From Eledone cirrhosa (taxonomy: Eukaryota), in the NCBI GenBank assembly GCA_964016885.1, contig OZ024742.1, positions 313,906,001-313,970,000 of the forward strand: DNA of 64,000 bases. The letters are read 5' to 3'. Below the pieces are notes generated by a model. It saw only the letters and a list, made by a program, of their open reading frames with translations, was not told where the DNA came from and did not search any database. Of this stretch, positions 1 through 12,657 are shown one piece after another; positions within the stretch are counted from its first letter, which is position 1; every line of letters begins with the position of its first letter. The position numbers and the translations under genes were made by a program.

Positions 1-449
1 ATTTTTCTTTTTCCTTCTTTGCTTATCTCTCTCTTTCTTTTTTTCTTTCTTTCTTTCGTTCTTTCTTTCTTCCTTTCTTTCTTTCTTTCTTTTCTTTTCA
101 TTTCTTTTCTTTTCTCTTTCCTTCATATGTCTTTTTTTTAAAATTTACATCGCTTTTCGTCTATCTTTAATTCCCACATTATATTAATCCATCTTTCCTC
201 CTTTCTTTCTCCCTTTCTTTTATCTATCTTTTTTTCACACCTTAAATCGTTACAGCTAATGAGTTAAAAGCTTTCTACAAAATCTAAACTTTTGCCAGTA
301 TACCGTAAATATCAACAAGAATAGTAAAATACTTCACTAGAATCATAGTTGTCGACCTCAGTACTTCACATCTTCCTCTTCTTTATCACAACCATAAACA
401 ACAAAAACAACTAGAAACAAATTGGTGTCTTCATTAACGAAAATTCAAC

Positions 450-646
450 CGTATGTGTGTTTGTGTGTGCGCGTTTGTGTGTATGTGTGTCTGTTTGTGT
501 GTGTGTGTATGTGTGTGTATTTGTGTGTGTTTGTGTGTGTTTGTGTGTGTTTGAGTATGTGTGTTTGTGTGTGTGTATGTGTGTGTGTTTGTGTGTGTGT
601 GTGTATGTGTGTGTTTGTGTGTGTGTGTGTATGTGTGTGTGTTCGT

Positions 647-687
<41 letters not shown>

Positions 688-792
688 TGTATGTGTGTGT
701 GTTTGTGTGTGTGTGTGTTTGTCTGTGTGTGTATGCGTGTGTGTGTATGTGTGTGTGTTTGTGTGTGTGTGTATGTGTGTGTGTGTGTTTGT
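450..792. repeat. Degenerate (TG)n microsatellite; similar (TA)n/(CA)n tracts recur throughout (e.g. 3470-3760, 25650-26140, 38298-38890, 57920-58220)
   Basis: Directly visible dinucleotide repeats; they account for the [12 protein letters not shown] ORFs. Confidence 0.98.
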
Positions 793-1654
793 GGTGTTGG
801 TGGTGGAGGTGAGGGGTAATATCTTTTGAAACTGTAATTGGAAAAAATACTTTTGCAATTGGATTTTTAACTTTTTTATTATTATGTTTTCACTGTAGGA
901 AATTAAAAAATTAACGTTTAGTTAGTTTTTTTTCCACACAATTTTCCACCTTTAATATTTCTATTACTTAGAATATACATTTTATAAATCTCATAAAATC
1001 AAAAGTCTCTATTATCACCTGGTCGATGATTGCTAGAACGATAGATTAGTATTGTTTTGTTTTTGTTTTCAAAACTAATTGGCACACGGAACTGTTATTG
1101 CATTTCTTCATTTTCATGGATACCGGATATTAATTATAGAGAGGTTGTGTTGATTTTTGTCTTTAGATTTGAAGAAGTGTGTGTGCTAGTTTGATATGTT
1201 CTGGAATGTTCTTGTTAATATTGCTATAATTGTGTTAGTTTAGTGACGAATACGTTAAAAATCCGATACAATGTTAAAGACAGGACCTTTATATAAATCT
1301 ATTTTAATCTATCCACCGACCAACCCCAAACATTTGCTTCTTTTGTATTCAGTAGAATGCAGAAACATGAAATAAAAGACCTAATTAAATACAATATCTA
1401 AATCAATTAAACATTTTGAAATCCTTTTGATGAATTCTAAAAAAGAAAAAATTGGAAAATAAAGCTTCCTCAACTATCTATCTGCCCCCAGAACAAATCT
1501 AAATCATTCACAATATGTCCTGATGCGAATTTCATATTGCAATAGTTCTCCGTTTATTTCGACCATGAGTGCTGAAGTTGTTCAATCAATGTAACAATCT
1601 GCTTACGAAATTAATGTGCGAATGGCCGAGGATTTTATAGATATGAATGTATGT

Positions 1655-1930
1655 ATGGTCCCGTAATTCCTGAGTCGTAGAGGCACTGTATTGACATACG
1701 GCGTTTCTTGGGCATTTTAAGCCTAGCAGAGTCCATCCCTCTCCAGGCCTGAGTACAGCAGATTTCTTACAGAGAAAGATAGAAAGGGAGATAGAGGAAA
1801 TGAGAAAGAGATATAGAAGAAGAATCCACCCAGTACTAGACTGGTACATTTTTTTATCGACCTCGAAATGATGAAAGGCAAAGTTGACCTCGGCGGGATT
1901 TGAACTCAGAGAGCAGAGAACCAGAACGAA
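1655..1930 (-). mobile_element. tRNA-type SINE, long-tailed subfamily (further copies about 5645-5983, 9790-10080, 24290-24640, 34170-34480, all minus)
   Basis: Shared core on minus strand TTCAAATCC.GC.GAGGTCAACTTTGCCTTTCATCC...CGATAAAA..GTACCAG following a B-box-like GTTCAAATCC; multiple diverged copies in the window; the core resembles the Meta/MESC SINE domain as I recall it (unverified). Confidence 0.85.
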
Positions 1931-1967
1931 TACGTGGTAGGGGGGGGGGAGGTGTCAAACAGATAAT

Positions 1968-2179
1968 GATTTCTAGTATAGGCACAAGGCCAACAATTTT
2001 GGGGAGGGGAAATCGATTAAATCGACCCAGTGCATTACTGGTGCTTTATTTTATCGACCCCGTAAGGATGAAAGGAAAAGTTAACCGTGGCGGGATTTGA
2101 ACTCAGATCATGAAGGGCCATAACTATGCTACAAAGCATGGTGTCTGGCGCTCTAACGATACTGCCAATCCACCACCCT
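1968..2179 (-). mobile_element. tRNA-type SINE, short subfamily, with 15-bp TSD
   Basis: Same central core; flanking direct repeat TGTCAAACAGATAAT at 1953-1967 and 2180-2194. Confidence 0.9.
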
Positions 2180-2869
2180 TGTCAAACAGATAATAGAATC
2201 AGATAAGGTAAAATGAAATAAAATATAAAAAAAAAGATAAAATAAATAATAAAATAATAAGATACGATACAATAAAATGAAGAAGTAAAAAAAAAATAAT
2301 AAATGAATAAAATAGAATAAAATGCGTGTTTGTTATAGCCAATATCAAATATCAAAGAAGATCACGTGAAAGGGTGGTAGGATTGATGCCAACCTACACA
2401 CACTCATTCTTCTAAAGACAGCAGCAGTAGAACTAAGGCTGACCTGCCAGCTGACCCCCTAACACCAATAAACACCAGGGAGGAGGTCAGCTGTACTTAA
2501 CAAAAACAACCACAACAGATTGTCTTGCCTCAGAAAAACATTTCTATAGGCTTTTGACTGAGGAATGTTCTCACAACTGACCAATGGAAGGAGAGAGTGT
2601 CCTATGATGCCGAAAATCGTTTGTTCGAATTCATATGATTCCCGTTCCTCAGAGAAATAACAAACCAACCAGGAGCTGGACATATCGGAGTATTGACGGA
2701 GTAAAACACTTTAACAACATGTGTACCTGTCTCTACCACACCAATTCGAACTGCCTGAAGAGGTCACAGCCAATGATAGCAGTACATCTTTAATAAACGA
2801 AGCCAAATCTTAAATATTTGACTTAATTACTTTATTATATATATATGTATATATATACCCTTAATATAA

Positions 2870-3100
2870 GTAACAGGGAGATTCTGAGTGGCTCCATGAA
2901 TTACAAGAACAATTCATCCGGCGACCTTCAACAACGTTTCCGTCCACCTAATTTCACTCATAAGACTTAGATCGACACAATGAGAATTGCCCAAGATACT
3001 TGACAACAAGGTTGAATTCATTATGAAATGAATGAGTGAGTGGCTTTTCGAACCCTGGATCTTATGATTGCAAAGCAGACTTCTTAACCATTCGGCCAAG
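2870..3100 (-). mobile_element. Second tRNA-derived SINE family (related copy about 24740-24990, plus)
   Basis: Minus strand begins TTGGCCGAATGGTTAAG...CAGGGTTCGAAA (A and B boxes). Confidence 0.6.
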
Positions 3101-3473
3101 CTTCGATTACATATACTGTTGCTTACTTTGGATTTTGTTGTTTTGAGCACCAAAGACTGTACCAATGAGATTTTAATTTATATATTATAATGTATCTAGT
3201 ACAGATCTCTACTGCTTTTGTCTATCCTGTTAGTGGCTTAAAGAATAACATTGATGTCCAAATATAGTCACGAAAATGGCTACAAATAGTGTTCGGTTTG
3301 TATAAGAATAAATCGATTATGAAATATGAACAATAGAAAAGGAATTGAGACTAGATATTCGTCTCTAATCCTTATGGCACAACAGTGATGGCGACTTTTT
3401 GTCTTTTACATTTTAGGTTATAACACATTCACATACACACATGCAAATATATATACACACAAGCACAAATATA

Positions 3474-3529
<56 letters not shown>

Positions 3530-3629
3530 TATATTTGTGTATGTATGTGCGTACTTACGTGTATATATGTACATACGTACGTGTGTGTATGTGTACACAC
3601 ACACACGCAAACAAACATTATACACACAC

Positions 3630-3723
<94 letters not shown>

Positions 3724-4321
3724 AATGTTTGTTTATATATATATATATTTATATATATATATCGATAACATCATCAAAAGTAGCTTGAAAAATCACCACC
3801 ATTATCATTATAAATGGAGACAAAAAAACTTACATTAACCTACATAAAATATTACAAGTGTATATCTCTCTTTCCCTCTCCCCTCTTTTATATTCTACAT
3901 CTAATGTTTGTTGATTCAAGAATGTTTGTTATTTTTATTCGCCATTTTACATGATGGCGATATTTATTTAGTGCAGGACTGACTGTCATATGACAGCGAC
4001 TACAAAAATGTCAGTAAAATAGTATAAAATAATCTGAACTAAAACTAAAATAAAATACAAAGAAGATACTAGATCGGTATTTAGATTCAATAACAAGACT
4101 GAATCCGTGAATAAATAAAGTACTATGATTCTGAGCGGCCAATAAATAGATTATATTTCATTCAATAGCCAGATCACTGTTACTGATGGTAGTCAAAGAG
4201 GTGAGTGAGATCGACCTAAATATAATCTCTAGCGAACAAGTAACAAAATCTTGTATAAGTCGTTTCTTTTAGCGTTCACAAGGAAACGCGTGCACATACA
4301 TATATATGTGTATATGTTTCG

Positions 4322-4368
<47 letters not shown>

Positions 4369-4622
4369 ATTATACACACACACATATCATATATATCTAT
4401 ACACACACACAAACACACACACACATATATATATATACACATACATATGGACATATATTATGTATATTCATATACATATGAAACAGCTGATGATCTACTA
4501 TTAACATACACATGCATACACGATCCCTCATCTTTCTCACTTTTCTCGCCACACTGTCACCTCCCCCTTTCTCTGCCCCACACCTGTGCACACACACACA
4601 CGCACACACACACATATATATG

Positions 4623-4706
<84 letters not shown>

Positions 4707-4744
4707 TGCATACATATAAATATGCATATATATTTATATATATG

Positions 4745-4819
<75 letters not shown>

Positions 4820-6825
4820 ATGTGTGTGTACGCATCATATGTTTACAAAAAGTAATATATATATATAGTGTAGAGAAAGATGGAGTGCGGAAGAGAGACA
4901 GAGGGTATGGTAATGGTAATAGTAAATGTTTTATTGCAATCGATCCATCTTTTCTATTTATTTGTTTTGCTGGCTTTTGCCCCTGTTGGCTTCAAACTTT
5001 AGAATTAAGTTTGTTGTTTTCCTCCGATCTTTTTTCTGTCCATCTACCAATTATATTTTGTTAATTTTATTTAACCATCCTCCTCTCTCAATATATACTA
5101 GTCCTCTATTTCCTATATTTCTTTCATTCATTTATTTTTCGATATTTTTTCGATCTATGTTTGGTTTTCTTCGTAGAACTCTTCCAGTCGCTCTTTTCTA
5201 TTTTCCGCTCTATTATGTTGTTATATTTATTGTAATTTCCCATTCCATCCAAGATTTGGTAGGTTGTTATATGGCGAAGATGGCGACCTGTGGTGATTTT
5301 TAAGTGAATAAAAAAAATGGCACTAACTCTGTTGGTAATGATAATCGATTAATTGAAAGTGCATTAAAGTAGATTACTACTTTCAACATGTAAATTTCCC
5401 AACCCGTTTTCCATTCTCAGCTGTAGCCATACTATTTTGCATATGCCACTAATATCTTCGAAAAGGTCGTGAAGATTTTGATGGAGAAAAATAGACCAGC
5501 TCTCAATTATTTGTATGTCCCCCACCTCATGCTTTATATTCTGTCACCAAAGAATGAATATTGTTTTTATTTCCTCCACTTTGGTGGTGGCACCACTATT
5601 TATGTCTTTTAGTTTAGACAGATCACTCTACATTTACAATGGCATGGTATGTACCCGTAACTCCTGTAGGATTCGTAGGGGCACCACATTGACATACGGC
5701 GTTTCTTAGGGCATTTTAAAAAACCTGGCGGAGCCCATCCCCTCTCCAGTTATAAGTACAGTAGACTTCTTACAGAGAGGGACAGAAAGTGAGAGAAAGA
5801 GAGTGACAAAGCGATATAGAGGAAGAATCGATCCAAGTCGCAGACTGGCACTTTTTTTATCAACCTCGGATGGATGAAAGGCAAAGTTGACCTCAGCGGG
5901 ATTTGAAGAGAGAGCAGAGAGCTGAAAGGAATACAAGAAAGCACTCTCTATGACGTTCTCACGACTCTGCGAATTCGCCACTTATACATCTACAAAGCCT
6001 GTCTATTTTTGTCTATGTTTATGTTCAAGTTTCTCCCAAATCCTTATATTTGTGGGAATTTCCAATTCTAATTTTCGTGGGAAGGATGCAATTAGTTGTT
6101 CAGTTTTCCCCACTTCTCAAAATATTACAGGCTGAATCTCATGGTGACAACAAGTTCTTTCAATTTTGGTTTGCTTGCATGCTTCAGTCATAAATTCAGT
6201 CATAAATCTAGGAACGAGAATATCTTTATTGCAACGTTTTTAGTTCATGTTACTGATATTGTGCTGGTGCTTTGGGGGTTTACTGCCTCTCAACCAGCCA
6301 TGATCATTCCGTCTTTTGGTATATCTGTGTGTCGACTAATGTATATGCCATTATTTAATACAATAAGAATTTGATTTAAGGGAGATCTGGATATATTTCT
6401 AGCAGATCAGACGATGACATATAGGCTTCCCTTTCTGTTCATTGTAGCTACTATTAATAAAGCTGGTGTTTCTTTTATTGCTGGCTCATCTGTGTATATA
6501 TTTGTTTATTAGTTATCAGTTTAGGTGGCAGGAATCACTCCTCAAATGAATTAGGATGGATATCACCCCCATAAAGTTTATCACATCTAATAGAAACCAA
6601 GCTGACTGAAACACATGTCAGGACTAGTAATGTCTTTCAGCGCCCAGGAACGCGTTTTAATTTCAAAATGTCGGAGTCTATGATTGTGTTATGATATCAC
6701 TTGCATTCCTCTATGAGCTTTCATTATCGGACATTTAAGCTGGGCCTTATAATGAAACAAAATTTAACATCGGTAAAGAAGATTCCATGCCCATCATTTA
6801 CGTCAAAGACTAATATTTCTTTCTA

Positions 6826-6909
<84 letters not shown>

Positions 6910-6946
6910 TTAAATAAATAAATAAATATGCATATACTGTATATGC

Positions 6947-6985
<39 letters not shown>

Positions 6986-7289
6986 AGTTTGAAATAAGAA
7001 TTAGCGTGGTTCATCGCTTGGTCCTTTTCATGTATTTTCTAGTATGTGATGCTACAGCTAGGTAGAATCAAATATCCGCTACGTTAGTTTTGTTGCAATC
7101 CTTCTGATGTATCTCCACCAAATGCACACAACCTTGCACCCGTATCGTATTGCCCCATATCAGTGGACATCATCTAGATTCAAGAAGAATTATATTTATT
7201 TACATTAGTAAAGACTTCACAATACCATAGTGACGGCTACTCAGTACGTATATAAAAGTTAGATATATTTGCTAAATGTAAGTTTCTAT

Positions 7290-7930
7290 GTAGCAATTAG
7301 TCCAGATAAGATAGCTGTGTGCACCAAGGACGAACAAAGAACATTTCTCTGATCGGAAGGTGCGTCGGGGGATGAAATTCACTCTAGGCTTTTAACACAA
7401 TATAATAGCACTGCACTACTAAGTAGAAGTGTGTATGAGTCGATTGAGGAGTTTGAAGTGGTCGGACAAGCGAGAGGTTCTAAGAAGGATCAAGACGTCC
7501 ATCGATCTCCTCCACTTACGAGAAGATTCAGCAAGCTCGAGAGATGGTAGTGACAAACCGGCCAATGGCCATTGATGAGGTAGCATGTTCTCTGCAGATT
7601 AGTCATGGCTCTGCTTATCAAGTCATCCACGATGAGTTTAGCTTCTATAAAGTCTATCCAAGATGGATGCCAAGAGAACTTACGGGAGAGCCCTAGCCCA
7701 AACATGTTGAGGTCTGCCAATGTATACTTGACCGCTACAACAAAGAAGGCGAAGAAGTTTTCAGCAGAATAGTCACAGGGGAGGATGGGGCAATAACTAT
7801 ATGCCAGAATCCAAAATACAGAGTATGGAGTGGAAATATCCTGGTATACACTGCTAGCGAAGTGTAACAGCAGCAAGAAAACTGGCGCGATGAAGCTGAA
7901 ACTTCGATCAAGTGACCAGAATAGTACCAA
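7290..7930 (+). pseudogene. Mariner transposase relic
   Basis: Broken frames give SLQISHGSAYQVIHDE..FYKVYPRWMPREL (WVPREL motif), FSRIVTGED (IVTGDE) and ESKIQSMEWKYP. Confidence 0.8.
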
Positions 7931-8219
7931 CTATAAGCACGCATGAAGGAAGTGTGATAAACCTAAAGATGTGTTATGGCGATATGTTATAGATATACAT
8001 ACGCGGCATGCGTAGATGCTTGCATACGTATTTACATACATGCATCGTTGTATATGAGAACACGAGTGAGTGTGAGAATATGGGAAGTAGAAATACGTAC
8101 ACAAATATATATCTATATAAATATGCCGAGTTTGGTAATGTTGATGTATATTATCCATATCTATATATACTCTCACTCTCTACAAACACACACACACATA
8201 TATATACATACATTCATAT

Positions 8220-8278
<59 letters not shown>

Positions 8279-8280
8279 CT

Positions 8281-8348
<68 letters not shown>

Positions 8349-8808
8349 TACGTACATATATATATATATATATATACAAATATTTATTTAGAAGCTTTTT
8401 CCTTTGATCTATTTATCAAGATGTAACGATTAAATTATGAAAATCGAAGTGCGTGTCGAAAGAAGAAGCTACAAATATAAAATAAAAATAACAAGAACCA
8501 CAACAACAATAAAACAACAAAATAAATAAATAAAACAATAACTATAACTCCAAACACGTAGAAAACTGAGAGAAAACAAAGAACATAATTATTATAACGA
8601 TAACTACCACCATTACATATACTGCCACCACCAATAGCAGGAGTAAGATCAGCAACAACAACTATATCAACATCAATATTAATAAATATAATTTATCTCA
8701 AATCAATAGATTTGTCAAAGGTTCGATATGTGCAAGAAATAGAAAATCAAAAATAAAAATAAACAACAGAAACAAAGCAAAGCCCCTATAAAACAGACAA
8801 ACAAACTA

Positions 8809-8883
<75 letters not shown>

Positions 8884-9084
8884 TAAATCTAAACAAAAAA
8901 TAAAGAACCAAAAAAAATAGTAATAGGAACCATATCAGAGTCAAAATGAAACTGAATTTAGCTTATTGGATTTTAAGTAAGAATGATCTGTCTGTGTATG
9001 TGGTTTGTGTAGATTTGTGAGTGTGAGTATGTCTGTGTGGGTATGCGTTTATGTGTGTGCAAGCGTTTATACGTGTGCGTATGT

Positions 9085-9131
<47 letters not shown>

Positions 9132-10553
9132 CACACTGATATATATCTCTCTATATACATTATATATTATATATTATATATATATATATCAATGTGTTCA
9201 CATGGTTTATGTATATCCGTGTGCTAGTGTGTGAATGTGAGTGTGTGTGTATGTGTGTGCTATTTATTATATTTGACTGCCGTTTGTGTATTTGTGTTAC
9301 GCTTAGGTGTGGTTGTGCGCATGCCTGTGTGGAATTTATTAGTAAAAATTCATAACTTGCTGCTGCTGTTGTTTGGAAGACGGTGGTGCTGGTGGTACTA
9401 GTGGTGGGGCGAGAATGACGAGAATGTATGAGTACTATAGAGAAGTGACTGAAGGAAATTGGGCGAAGAAAGAAAGACTGAAAATGATAGAGATAAGATA
9501 GACGCTGGAAGTAGAAAGAAGCGTGACAGATTGGACTGTTGGGAGAGGAAATAATAGATAATTGTGGATTAGATTAGCCGTGTTAAAGGTGATGAAGGAA
9601 CTAAAGGTGATTATATATGTACTGTATGTATACGTACATATGACTCATTCAAATTCCAAACGGAGTTAGCTTCTATTTTAGAAACCAGCTCGTTTCTTAT
9701 AGGAAAAAGTCTAATAGTTAAAACGAAACATTCATACATATAGATGTACGTACGAATATACACACATATAAATGTATGTATATATCTATAGTTCCGTAAC
9801 TCCTGATAAGAGTCGTAGGGGCGCCGTATTGACATACGGCGTTCCTTGGACATTTTTTAAAAGTTTGACGGAACCCATCACCCTACAGACCTAAGTACAG
9901 CAGACTTCTTCCAGAGAGAGGAAGAATCGACCCCAGTACTAAAGTGGTACTTTTTTATCGACTTCGAAAGGATGAAAAGCAGAGGTGACCTCGGAAGGAT
10001 TTGAATACTCAGAAAGCTGAGAGCCGGACCGAATAGAGCATTCTATTCGACGTTCTAACAACCCTGCCAATTCGCCGCCTACGTACGTACATACACACAT
10101 ATAAATATAAATACGTACGGATATATATATATATGTAGATGTACATGCATTTATACCTACGTGGGCCTTAAAAACTAAGGAATACTGATGGGGCCGATCA
10201 ATAAAAAACAGCATTCCGGCAAAAACACTGATCTGATTTAGCTCTATCGGACAGGTAACAAATGACATACACTCTTGTAGACTGGGGGGGGGGGGAGTCG
10301 ATTTCATCAATTTTCTCCTCCCCTTGCTGGACATTTCAATATTCCTAAGATGTCAGAAATGACGTAACATTAAAGTTGTTTTATTTACATACATTCATTA
10401 CGTATTTACTTCAAGACAACTTAGTCATTTCTTGTACTTGTTTGGCAAGTGGATTTGGATTTGTATTGCATGACCATTTCTACTCCCCCTCAAATTCTTT
10501 TGCAGCTCTCACCTCTTTCACTAACCTATGCTGTAACTCTCTCTCTATCTCTC

Positions 10554-10589
<36 letters not shown>

Positions 10590-10594
<5 letters not shown>

Positions 10595-10810
10595 ACAGGG
10601 AGAAAGAGACGATTATTAGGAAGAAAAAAATATTTTTTTCCTTTTTAATTTCTCTCTCTCTTTTTTCTGGGTTAGAAAATGATTAAAACGAAATGTTTTA
10701 CTTTGTGTGAAGTGTTAAGGTTTTAGTTGATTTATTTATTATTTAACAATGGCATTTATTTATCTATTTATATATTTAATAATTGTCTATTACCGGTTTC
10801 AGCATTTTTA
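10590..10810 (-). mobile_element. Short 3' end (pseudo-LTR) of a PLE; same family as 30350-30570
   Basis: Near-identical to 30350-30565; starts in (TA)n and is cut within HHR stem II (minus GCTGAAACCGGTAATAG). Confidence 0.7.
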
Positions 10811-10924
10811 TATCACCCTTAACGGATCTTCTGAAACTCAGAAGATCCCGTTAAGGGTGAAAGCAGCGATTTTTTGTTTAAACTTTAATCTGTTATTTTA
10901 ATAAATATATATATATATATATAT

Positions 10925-11116
10925 ATAGGAACGAGTAGGACCCCGACGGCTGAGCTCAAGCCGTTTCGACGGCTAATTCTGTCCAGAATTAGCCGTCGAA
11001 ACGGCTTGAGCTCAGCCGTCGGGGTCCTACTCGTTCCTATTACACACTCTACTACCCTAAGTATTGAGTACTTTGGTGCGTTATGGTCCACCTGATTCCT
11101 TACCACTTTTCCTTCG

Positions 11117-11119
<3 letters not shown>
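10925..11119 (+). mobile_element. Fold-back PLE-derived element (family A), short copy
   Basis: Perfect 57-bp inverted arms 10925-10981/10984-11040 plus a ~80-bp tail, in (TA)n; contains HHR 3' half GAA-ACGGC-TTGAGCTCA-GCCGT-C-GGGGT. Confidence 0.8.
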
Positions 11120-11149
<30 letters not shown>

Positions 11150-11325
11150 TATATTGAATGTCTACATAATATTGAATGTCTATATATATTGAATGTCTAC
11201 ATAACTAATACTTTGTAGATAGCAGCTGTTTTCAGGTTATGTAACTGTTATAGAAACACGTGTCAATAAATTCCTTTCAACTAAACTGTATCCATTCAAA
11301 TCTTTCTATATATATATATATATAT

Positions 11326-12060
11326 ATAACGAAGGAAGGGAAGTGTGGTAAGGAACCAGGTGGACCATAATTCACCAGAGTACTCAATACTTTGGGTAGT
11401 AGAGTGGGTAATAGGAAAATGTTCAAGACTCCGACGGCAGAGCTCAGGCCGTTTTGACGGCTATTTCTGGACAGAATTAGATTTTTAGCGTGGTAATAAA
11501 TAGCCGAACTTTTCAAGGGCTAATTCCATATATGGGCATTCGATAATCATGCATTTCTGAAAGTTGTATTTGTTAAAAGGATTGGTCAACATTTCTTGTA
11601 AACACAATTAAATCTTTCATGGTGGGGGGTGGGGGTGGGGGTGGCTGACTTGCCTGTAGAACAATGAGGGAGTAGGTGGAGCTGGTCAAGCGTTAAAAGT
11701 AAATTCCATACAGTAAATTCTAAGGAGTGTGGATAAAGTAGGCTAGCTAGAAAGCAGGCGAAAAAAGAATTCTACAGGAATCTGAAACCGGCTCCACCCA
11801 CTCCCTCATTGTTCTACAGGCAAGTCAGCTACCCCAACCCCACCCCCACCATGAAAGATTTAATTGTGTTTACAAGAAATTTTGACCAATCCTTTTGACA
11901 ACTACAACTTTCAGAAATGCATGATTATCGAATGCCCATATATGGAATTACCCCTTGAAAAGTTCGGCTATTTTTTATCACGCTAAAAATCTAATTTAGT
12001 CCAGAAATAGCCGTCGAAACGGCTTGAGCTCTGCCGTCGGGGTCTTGAACATTTTCCTAT
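11326..12060 (-). mobile_element. Fold-back family A, medium copy (about 275-bp arms, 11410-11687/11788-12060)
   Basis: Long inverted repeat, same tail as the 10.9-kb copy, both ends in (TA)n; complete HHR fold at 11950-12043. Confidence 0.8.
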
Positions 12061-12080
12061 ATATATATATATATATATAT

Positions 12081-12151
<71 letters not shown>

Positions 12152-12315
12152 TTTGTTTTTGTTATTTAGTACCAAGTCACAGCGTTCCACCTGTTACTAC
12201 CACACCCAGTTTACATATATACGATATATTAGAGACATTTGAGAGAATGGAATTTTTTTTATCTTGTGAGGAAAAGAAAAATCTAACGTTTATGGGTTAA
12301 AATCTTCATTTAAAA

Positions 12316-12657
12316 CAGAGGTTCTCAAAGTGGACGTTACCCCCCCCCCCTCGGGGGTATTGAGAAGGTCCAGAGGGCGCTGGAGCTTAAAAGGGCAGTG
12401 GGGTGGTAGAGATGATTAATAGTATATTAAATATCAAATGAAACATATATGTAAATATAGTAAAATAAAAAAATATATAATATTTATTTATACATAGTAT
12501 ATATTATATTATTTATTATATATCAATCAATGATTTTATCTATTATATATTATTTAGAGTTTGCGTATAGGCAGGTCTTTCTGGCTATAGGGGTGGGGAC
12601 GCTGAGGGTACTACGTGGCCGTGTGGGGTGGTGGCCCAAAATGTTTGAGAACCTCTG
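12316..12657. mobile_element. hAT-type MITE
   Basis: TIR CAGAGGTTCTCAAA...TTTGAGAACCTCTG; imperfect 8-bp TSD ATTTAAAA/ATATGAAA. Confidence 0.8.

Noticed and set aside
422-858. Long [12 protein letters not shown] ORFs here and at 3.4-4.9, 25.6-26.2, 38.2-39.6 and 57.9-58.3 kb
   Set aside because: Stop-free translations of dinucleotide microsatellites; no coding evidence
11205-11270. GAAACACGTGTC, and similar partial HHR-like strings at about 2600-2655, 4282, 6601 and 58418-58460
   Set aside because: Only half of the motif is recognisable; stems are unsupported
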